A DNA stretch of 64,000 nt from an uncultured Candidatus Saccharibacteria bacterium (lineage in GTDB: Bacteria > Patescibacteriota > Minisyncoccia > Spechtbacterales > HO2-43-30): positions 58,473 to 122,472 of the forward strand of contig CAZDDE010000001.1 of NCBI GenBank assembly GCA_964504205.1, given 5' to 3'. The notes under the pieces are model-generated. The model saw only the letters and a program-made list of their open reading frames with translations, ran no database searches and was not told the DNA's origin. Position numbers and translations under genes: made by a program. Numbering within the stretch: the first letter of the stretch is position 1; each line of letters starts with the position of its first letter. This document shows, one piece after another, positions 57,700 through 64,000 of this stretch.

Positions 57700-58287
57700 A
57701 TGGCTAGAATTAACTTTTTATTTTTACAAAAAATTGCTGTTTCCCTAGGCATTGTTATTGTGTTGAATCTGCTTTTTAACATTGCCGTAGGAACTTTTTA
57801 TAATACGCCAAAATATGACGATTTTTGCCGTGAGGAACATCGCAGGTACTACGATAACAAAGAGGCGTGTTCGGCAGTGGGCGGAGAATGGGGCGCGTAT
57901 ATTGATGGGCCGTATTATCCGCGGTCGGCTCCGGCAAAAGTTGTTGGGGAGGAAAACGAATCTGATGAACCAAAAGAATACTGCAACCCCGCTAAAACTT
58001 GCCAGAAGGAATACGACAGCGCGCGCAATTTATACAATCGCAACGTGTTTATAGTTTTAGTTTCGCTTGGCGCTGTATCCATTATCTTATCTATATTTTT
58101 GGTACAAGTAAGAGCTGTGTCCTCCGGCTTTCTGTTCGGTGGCCTCTTATCTATATTCATCGGAACAACGCGATACTGGTCTGATATGGACGAGTATTTG
58201 CGCCTGATAGCGCTCGCTATCGTTTTAGCGGGGTTGGTATGGGTAGGGTACAAAAAGCTCAAGGATAAAAGAGATATGCCAAAATAA
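57700..58287 (+). CDS. hypothetical membrane protein with a Cys-containing extracytoplasmic loop; predicted leaderless
   Basis: Extended -10 TGcTATAAT (57685-57693) ends 6 nt before ATG 57700; N-terminal transmembrane helix, four Cys in the loop, two C-terminal transmembrane helices. Confidence 0.5.
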   Translation: MARINFLFLQKIAVSLGIVIVLNLLFNIAVGTFYNTPKYDDFCREEHRRYYDNKEACSAVGGEWGAYIDGPYYPRSAPAKVVGEENESDEPKEYCNPAKTCQKEYDSARNLYNRNVFIVLVSLGAVSIILSIFLVQVRAVSSGFLFGGLLSIFIGTTRYWSDMDEYLRLIALAIVLAGLVWVGYKKLKDKRDMPK

Positions 58288-58291
58288 CAAT

Positions 58292-59845
58292 ATGGTCTCC
58301 AGCGACAAGGAAAACAATGTGAATATGTACGAATCTGACCCGGAAGGGAGCAGGTATGTGCATGTTGATTATGTTGCAAGTAAGGTCTCGTTTCTCTATG
58401 AAAAGATTCGTCAGGTTATTGATTATCATGAGGAACATTTGTTGCGCGAGAATGCGATAGAGCGCAGCATCCGGCGGCATCTTCTACTTACGCAAACTCC
58501 TGCGCCATTTGCACGTGATCTCATCGAAGAGATGATACGCGGCGGGTACTTTGCGAACGACACAATTTTAAACACGAGCATTGTAAAAGTTCAAAAAATT
58601 CTTGATAGATATACTGAAACATTACGGATTGCGGTCGCAAAGAAATTAAGGGACAAAAATCTTGCAAACTTTCTTTACGGCATCGCGTCTTGCGAAATCG
58701 AAGAGTTTCTTGATTATCCGTCTAAAGAACTTTTGCTTCTGGAGTTTGAATATGCGACTCTCAAAAATCATTTGCGCATCTTTGGCGCTGAAATTGGGGA
58801 AGATGACAAAGAAATGCTTCTTTTTATTGCTATCAACCAAACCCTTCTGCGTGCCGACCAAAGACGGATTTATTTTCGGCTGATGCAAAAAATGCATCCC
58901 GAATGGTTTGAAAAGGAAGCGTCTGAAGCCGCCGAATTTCTTCCGATTATTTCACGCGCAAAAATGCGTTTTGAATCTTTATTTCATAATTCTGCGCTGA
59001 AACGGATAAAAAACAGAGCAGGGCAGTTTGCGATAATTTTTCAAACACTCTCCGATATTTCCGGGGACGATCCCCAGCGCCTCGCCGGTTTTGCTGAAGA
59101 TCCGCAGGAATTATCAAAAGCTGTCGGAAAATCGTATACTCGCCGTTTTAACAATTTGAGGACAAAATTGAAGCGAGCTGGTTTCCGGTCAGTCCTCTCC
59201 ATATTTTTTGGGAAAATTCTTATTGCGCTCGCTATCGAGGTTCCAGCTGAATTGCTCTTTGCCGGACAAATTATTCCTTATGCGCTTATGCTAAGCATTA
59301 TTTTTCCGCCATCGATCATGCTTTTTGCCGTATTATCGATCCGCATGCCTTCGCGCGATAACTTGCAAAAATTAATCGGGCAGGTATCAAGTATTATGCA
59401 GGGCGCTTTTGAATATGAACCGATAGAAATCACGAACCGGAAGAGAAGTTCGTTTATTTCCTTTATACTCACCATTCTTTATATTTTGACGTTCGCAATT
59501 TCTTTTGGCGGTGTGATAGCTGGTTTAAACATGCTTCATTTCAACGTATTAAGCATTATTGTATTTTGGCTTTTCCTCTCACTCATTATTTTTTCCGCAA
59601 TGCGCATCAAGCAGTGGGCTAGGGAACTTAATGTTGGTCCGCAAAAAGAAGGATTTGGAGGATTCTTCCTTGACATTTTCACTATTCCAATTGTGGGTTT
59701 TGGAAAATTTTTATCCGGCGAGCTAAGCCGCTTTAACATCTTGGTTTTACTTTTCAATCTCTTTTTCGAAGCACCGTTTCAAAGCTTTGTACAGTTTATT
59801 GAGGAGTGGAGAAGATTTATCCGCGAAAAAAAGGAGGAGTTGTAA
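58292..59845 (+). CDS. hypothetical protein: ~300-aa soluble N-terminal domain plus C-terminal polytopic membrane domain
   Basis: 517-aa ORF, no recognisable motifs; four to five C-terminal transmembrane helices. Confidence 0.5.
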   Translation: MVSSDKENNVNMYESDPEGSRYVHVDYVASKVSFLYEKIRQVIDYHEEHLLRENAIERSIRRHLLLTQTPAPFARDLIEEMIRGGYFANDTILNTSIVKVQKILDRYTETLRIAVAKKLRDKNLANFLYGIASCEIEEFLDYPSKELLLLEFEYATLKNHLRIFGAEIGEDDKEMLLFIAINQTLLRADQRRIYFRLMQKMHPEWFEKEASEAAEFLPIISRAKMRFESLFHNSALKRIKNRAGQFAIIFQTLSDISGDDPQRLAGFAEDPQELSKAVGKSYTRRFNNLRTKLKRAGFRSVLSIFFGKILIALAIEVPAELLFAGQIIPYALMLSIIFPPSIMLFAVLSIRMPSRDNLQKLIGQVSSIMQGAFEYEPIEITNRKRSSFISFILTILYILTFAISFGGVIAGLNMLHFNVLSIIVFWLFLSLIIFSAMRIKQWARELNVGPQKEGFGGFFLDIFTIPIVGFGKFLSGELSRFNILVLLFNLFFEAPFQSFVQFIEEWRRFIREKKEEL

Positions 59846-59948
59846 TACAAAGAAGCTTTGCGTGGCTATTCGTAAAAGCGAGATTTTGGAGATTGTACAC
59901 AGGATAGAGATATTTACTTGACTGGAGAAAATATATTATAATAAATGT

Positions 59949-60365
59949 ATGTTTGATACATTTGGCAATCGTTTTCAAAAATACGCCTCTCTTTTTTTGC
60001 GTTTGGGATTGGGAATAGTATTTTTTCTGTTTGGATTGAAGAAACTGATGGACCCCGAACAGAGCACGGCCGAGGTTCAACTGCTTTTGAGTTTTGAATT
60101 GGCCGATGCCGCGGCGCTAAGTTTTTATCTTGGTTTGGTTGAAATAATGGTGGCTCTATCTTTTCTAACCGGTCTTAAGGTGCGCGCGTTTGCCTTGATT
60201 GCGGCCGCTCTGACCATTTTGTTTTTCACCTCCTTTTTGGCAAAATATGGCCTTTCGATCAATCCGGATCTCTATCGAGATGTTGGTCTCTTCGGTGCTT
60301 CTATCGCTTTATTTCTCTTGGGCGCGGGGCCAATAAGTTTGGATAATAGATTCAGGCATGAATAA
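59949..60365 (+). CDS. DoxX-family membrane protein
   Basis: 138 aa, four transmembrane helices, DoxX-like LRLGLGIVFFLFGLKKL N-terminus. Confidence 0.65.
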   Translation: MFDTFGNRFQKYASLFLRLGLGIVFFLFGLKKLMDPEQSTAEVQLLLSFELADAAALSFYLGLVEIMVALSFLTGLKVRAFALIAAALTILFFTSFLAKYGLSINPDLYRDVGLFGASIALFLLGAGPISLDNRFRHE

Positions 60366-60789
60366 ATATGTCAGCTTATTTCTTTTTGGATTTTTTCTAT
60401 TTGGGAGCGGCTATGTTTACGCGCACTTTTATCGTCCGGCGGAAATAGGCGGCGTTCCCTCTTCGGGAAATGTGGCGGAGATGGAAATGCGGGTGTCCAA
60501 GAATAAATGGCAGTGGGAACCAAACGTAATCAGGGTTCAGCCGGGCGACAAAGTAGTCTTGCATATTTTTAACGAGGATGATTTTGATCATGGTTTCGCG
60601 ATAGACGTGCTAGGTGTGAATCGCCGGCTTTTTCCGGAACGTACAACAACGGTTGAATTTAAGGCTTCTTTGAGGGGGAAGTTCGCTTTTTACTGTTCCG
60701 TGCCTTGCGGTGAGGGGCATTATGATCAGATTGGGACTATAATTATTGGGAATGAAACAGACGAACTGCACCCGATTTATACACAATGA
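60358..60789 (+). CDS. cupredoxin-fold (CuA/plastocyanin-like) protein with an N-terminal signal/transmembrane helix
   Basis: FYCSVPCGEGH resembles the CuA-type C-x3-C-x2-H copper site; precedes copA with a 4-nt overlap. Confidence 0.55.
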   Translation: MNKYVSLFLFGFFLFGSGYVYAHFYRPAEIGGVPSSGNVAEMEMRVSKNKWQWEPNVIRVQPGDKVVLHIFNEDDFDHGFAIDVLGVNRRLFPERTTTVEFKASLRGKFAFYCSVPCGEGHYDQIGTIIIGNETDELHPIYTQ

Positions 60790-63209
60790 AAGTCCAAAAA
60801 CTATACAGAATTGAGGGCATGCACTGCGCGTCGTGCGCCGTGCTGATCAATAAAGTCCTTGCGAAACAAAAAGGCGTTCAATCGGTCAACGCCAGTTTTG
60901 GCGCGGAAAAGTTAGTCATAGAATTTGATCATGAGCTTATCACCGAAGAGAAGATCAAGCAGCTTGTCAAAGCGCTTGGTTACACGCTTATTTTAGAGGA
61001 AGAAAAGACCGAAGAGGAGTTTAAGAAAGAACGCGATGCGCGCATGCGCGGTTTACGCAACCGCACGATCATAAGCTTTCTTTTGGCAAGCCCGATCATC
61101 GGCTATTATATGGCGGTGCACATGCTTAATTTGCAGCACGTGCACGCAATTACAGTTTCGGGAATTTTTATTGATTTAAACTGGATTTATCTTGTTATGA
61201 CCATTCCCATTCAATTTTGGGTGGGGTGGATATTTTATAAAAGCGCGTGGACGGCATTTAAAGTTGGTTCAACGTCCATGGATACACTTGTCGTCTTGGG
61301 CACCAGCGCCGCGTTTTTTTACAGCTTGTTCGGATTTCTGTTTTCAATAACTTATAATAACATGTGTCACGGAATCTTTAATATTCTTGCCTTTCGTTGC
61401 CAAAGCATTTGGTTTGGTATTGACCATCCATTCTGGGAATCATCGGCGGCGCTGATGTCATTTTTGATTTTAGGACGATACCTTGAAGGTATCTCGCGCG
61501 GCAAGGTTTCTGAAGCCGTCGGCAAACTTTTAGATCTTGCTCCGCAGGGCGCGATTATTGTTGATGAGAGCGGCCATGAAAAGGAAATTCTAGCCAAAGA
61601 TTTGAAAAAGGATGATATTTTTTTGGTCAAACCGGGATCAAAAGTTCCGACCGACGGGATTGTGCTTGACGGCGAAAGCTCGGTTGATGAAAAAATTGTT
61701 ACCGGCGAATCAATGCCGGTTGGCAAAAATCCCGGCGATGAAGTGATCGGCGCCACAATCAATACTTATGGATTATTAAAATGCCGGGCGACAAAAGTCG
61801 GCAAGGAGACATTGCTTTTCCAGATTGTACGGCTGGTGCGCGAGGCGCAGGCGACTCGCGCACCTATGCAAAGGGTCGCCGATTGGCTTTCCGAGCGATT
61901 TGTGCCGGCAGTTATTGCTTTAAGCTTAATTGCTTTTAATTATTGGTTTTTTATTCAGGGCAACGATTTTGCGCCTTCGCTTTTGTTTATGGTGGCGGTT
62001 TTGGTCATTTCCTGTCCTTGCGCTTTGGGTCTTGCGACACCGATTGCGACAATGGTTGGCACGACCAAAGGCGCCGAGTCGGGAATTCTGATTAAAGGCG
62101 GCGAAGCATTGGAAAAAGCGCATAAAATTACGGCGGTGGCGTTTGATAAAACCGGCACGATCACCAAAGGGGAACCGGCTGTTACCGATATTGTGCCATT
62201 CGGAGGCATCAGTAAAGAACAAATGCTTGAGATTGCGGCGATTGCCGAAAGAGGGTCGGAACACCCGTTGGCAAAGGCAGTCATAAAGAGGGCGAATGAC
62301 CTTGGATTTGATGTTCCTGAACCTAAAAATTTTAAGGCGATATCCGGCATGGGAGTTTACGCCGAGCATAACGATTTGAAGATTCTTGTCGGCAATAAAA
62401 TGTTTTTGGAAAAAGAGGGGATTGGCGTCAAAGAATACGCAAAAGAGGTTGATCGTTTAAGCATGGAGGCAAAAACAGTCGTTTTTGTCGCGTATGGGCA
62501 AAAAGTCATTGGCCTTCTTGCACTGGCGGATACTTTGAAAGAATACGCCAAAGAAGCAATCGCGGAGCTGAAGCGGCGCAAGAAAGAGATTATCATGATT
62601 ACCGGCGACAATGAGCATACCGCTCAAGCCATTGCGAAAAAACTTGGTATAGACAAGACCTACGCGAATGTTTTGCCGGAAAAGAAGGAAGAGCTCATAG
62701 AATCAATCAAAAAAGAAGGGAAAGTTGTCGCAATGGTCGGCGACGGCATCAATGATGCGCCAGCGCTTGCGAAGGCCGATTTAGGCCTTGCGGTCGGTTC
62801 AGGCACCGATGTGGCAATTGAGACTGGGGATATTATTTTAATTAAAGATGACCTGCGCGATGTTGTAACCGCAATCGATCTTTCCAGTAAAACTATCTTT
62901 AAGATTTGGCAAAACTTTTTTTGGGCATTTGTGTATAATGTTGTTGCGATTCCAGTTGCGGCGGGTCTGCATTTGGTGCTTACTGTGCGCCAGGGCGAGC
63001 TTGCCGCATGGGCTGTTTCTTTTGGAAATATCCTTGCGTCTATTCCCGCGGCCGGCGAAGTGATACAATCAATATGGGAGAATTTTGCGCAAAGCGGATT
63101 GCGTCCGGAAATCGCCGGTTTCGCGATGGCGTTCAGCTCAATATCAGTCGTGCTGAACTCGTTATTATTGCGATTATATAAAGAGCCCAAATTTGCGCGG
63201 GCAAAATAA
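60786..63209 (+). CDS. copA: copper-translocating P1B-type ATPase
   Basis: HMA domain GMHCASCA, CPC transmembrane motif (SCPCALGLATP), DKTGTIT, GDGINDAPAL, HP motif (SEHPLA). Confidence 0.95.
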   Translation: MKVQKLYRIEGMHCASCAVLINKVLAKQKGVQSVNASFGAEKLVIEFDHELITEEKIKQLVKALGYTLILEEEKTEEEFKKERDARMRGLRNRTIISFLLASPIIGYYMAVHMLNLQHVHAITVSGIFIDLNWIYLVMTIPIQFWVGWIFYKSAWTAFKVGSTSMDTLVVLGTSAAFFYSLFGFLFSITYNNMCHGIFNILAFRCQSIWFGIDHPFWESSAALMSFLILGRYLEGISRGKVSEAVGKLLDLAPQGAIIVDESGHEKEILAKDLKKDDIFLVKPGSKVPTDGIVLDGESSVDEKIVTGESMPVGKNPGDEVIGATINTYGLLKCRATKVGKETLLFQIVRLVREAQATRAPMQRVADWLSERFVPAVIALSLIAFNYWFFIQGNDFAPSLLFMVAVLVISCPCALGLATPIATMVGTTKGAESGILIKGGEALEKAHKITAVAFDKTGTITKGEPAVTDIVPFGGISKEQMLEIAAIAERGSEHPLAKAVIKRANDLGFDVPEPKNFKAISGMGVYAEHNDLKILVGNKMFLEKEGIGVKEYAKEVDRLSMEAKTVVFVAYGQKVIGLLALADTLKEYAKEAIAELKRRKKEIIMITGDNEHTAQAIAKKLGIDKTYANVLPEKKEELIESIKKEGKVVAMVGDGINDAPALAKADLGLAVGSGTDVAIETGDIILIKDDLRDVVTAIDLSSKTIFKIWQNFFWAFVYNVVAIPVAAGLHLVLTVRQGELAAWAVSFGNILASIPAAGEVIQSIWENFAQSGLRPEIAGFAMAFSSISVVLNSLLLRLYKEPKFARAK

Positions 63210-63218
63210 ATTAATGGT

Positions 63219-64000
63219 ATGGAAATAAACAAAATTTACAATGGCGATTTTTTTGAGCTAATAAAACAGATTGATGACAAGTCAATAGACTTGATCGTAT
63301 GCGATGGCCCTTATGGAGTGACTAATCAAGAGTGGGATAGGATAAACAATATTCAGGAATATAATTTGAATTTGATCAAATTATATTCAAGGGTGCTAAA
63401 GGATAATGGGGCTCTTTACTTATTCGGCAAACATGATTGCATTGATTTTATTGATTATCGTCCTTACCTGCAGTTAAATTCTAAAATTGTTTGGTATCAA
63501 CCTAGCAGGTTAGCTCAAGGCAGAATAAGTTATACAAACAATTACGATATTATTGCCTACTTCAGTAAGAGCAAAGTCAAAACCTTTAATCTTGACGATA
63601 TACGAGTCCCGCAATTAGTAGAGTTGGAGCACAGGTTAAGGGTTGAAAAAGTGCCCTCTGTTACTAACGGCAAATTTCACAAAACAAAATTCAATGGGGA
63701 TGGGAAAAATCCGGGTGATGTTTGGGGGGATATAAAACAGCTCACTTATAAATCAAGGGAGTTGATAAATAGAGAATTATTAAATACAATACAAAAACCT
63801 ATTAAATTGATCGATAGAATAGTTAAGGCAAGCTCAAAAGAGGGTAATTTGGTTTTAGATCCATTTGCTGGAGTCGGGACCACATTTGTCGTTTGCAAAG
63901 AGCTTAAAAGAAATTTTATAGGTTTTGAAATCAATCCAGATTATGTTGAGATTTGTAACGAACGAATAAAAGAAGTTGAATTGAAGCAAAGTAGTAAACT
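63219..64000 (+). CDS. DNA methyltransferase (N6-adenine/N4-cytosine, beta-class; motif IV before motif I), 3'-partial
   Basis: CDGPYGV (D/SPPY-like motif IV) near the N-terminus and DPFAGVGTT (FxGxG motif I) near the C-terminus. The track's 63214 ATG hits a stop after 4 codons; ATG 63219 stays open to the window end. AT-rich relative to the flanks. Confidence 0.8.
   Translation, partial: MEINKIYNGDFFELIKQIDDKSIDLIVCDGPYGVTNQEWDRINNIQEYNLNLIKLYSRVLKDNGALYLFGKHDCIDFIDYRPYLQLNSKIVWYQPSRLAQGRISYTNNYDIIAYFSKSKVKTFNLDDIRVPQLVELEHRLRVEKVPSVTNGKFHKTKFNGDGKNPGDVWGDIKQLTYKSRELINRELLNTIQKPIKLIDRIVKASSKEGNLVLDPFAGVGTTFVVCKELKRNFIGFEINPDYVEICNERIKEVELKQSSK

Overview
This window looks like a small-genome, CPR/Patescibacteria-type bacterial chromosome segment. 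It is densely coded with housekeeping genes, interrupted by at least three blocks that look horizontally acquired.

Housekeeping content, in order:
- Ribosomal cluster: infA, rpmJ (missed by the ORF track), rpsM, rpsK, rpsD, rpoA, rplQ, rplM, rpsI.
- Cell envelope genes: murA, two mreB paralogs, mrdA (PBP2), a GT4 glycosyltransferase, rseP, frr and holB.
- tRNA synthetases and translation factors: proS, lysS, cysS, greA, arfB and typA.
- Heat-shock genes: a complete hrcA-grpE-dnaK-dnaJ operon and groES-groEL, with no CIRCE operator found.
- NAD salvage: a cluster pncA-pncB-VOC-nrtR-nadK under a Nudix-type NrtR regulator.
- Central metabolism and transport: a fused alpha/beta E1 2-oxoacid dehydrogenase with E2 and a LipB-like lipoyl transferase, purA, corA and a Ca/Mg-type P-type ATPase.
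- Replication and RNA: dnaX, tRNA-Lys(UUU), a tRNA-Gln(UUG) abutting the dnaX stop, and a DEAD-box helicase.
- Copper module: DoxX, a cupredoxin-fold protein and CopA.
- A partial DNA methyltransferase at the 3' edge.

Accessory or foreign blocks:
- 12.9-15.6 kb. Two REP-like GC palindromes, an IS481-family IS with 24-bp inverted repeats (the left one interrupted), an ~820-bp ORF-free structured region, and a RelE/ParE-type toxin-antitoxin pair.
- 28.4-31.9 kb. Next to tRNA-Lys: a structured RNA element, an IS1-like transposase, and a GC3-rich block carrying a CPBP/CAAX intramembrane protease and two small divergent genes around a palindromic operator.
- 57.1-59.9 kb. A compositionally distinct block with two overlapping open frames, a 12-nt tandem repeat and three unknown membrane proteins.

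Other notable points:
- rpoA lacks the alpha C-terminal domain.
- Several transcripts are predicted to be leaderless (greA, hrcA, the 57700 gene).
- groES has a long repeat-structured leader.
- nadK carries a transposase-like zinc ribbon.

All calls are from reading the sequence and ORF translations; no searches were run.
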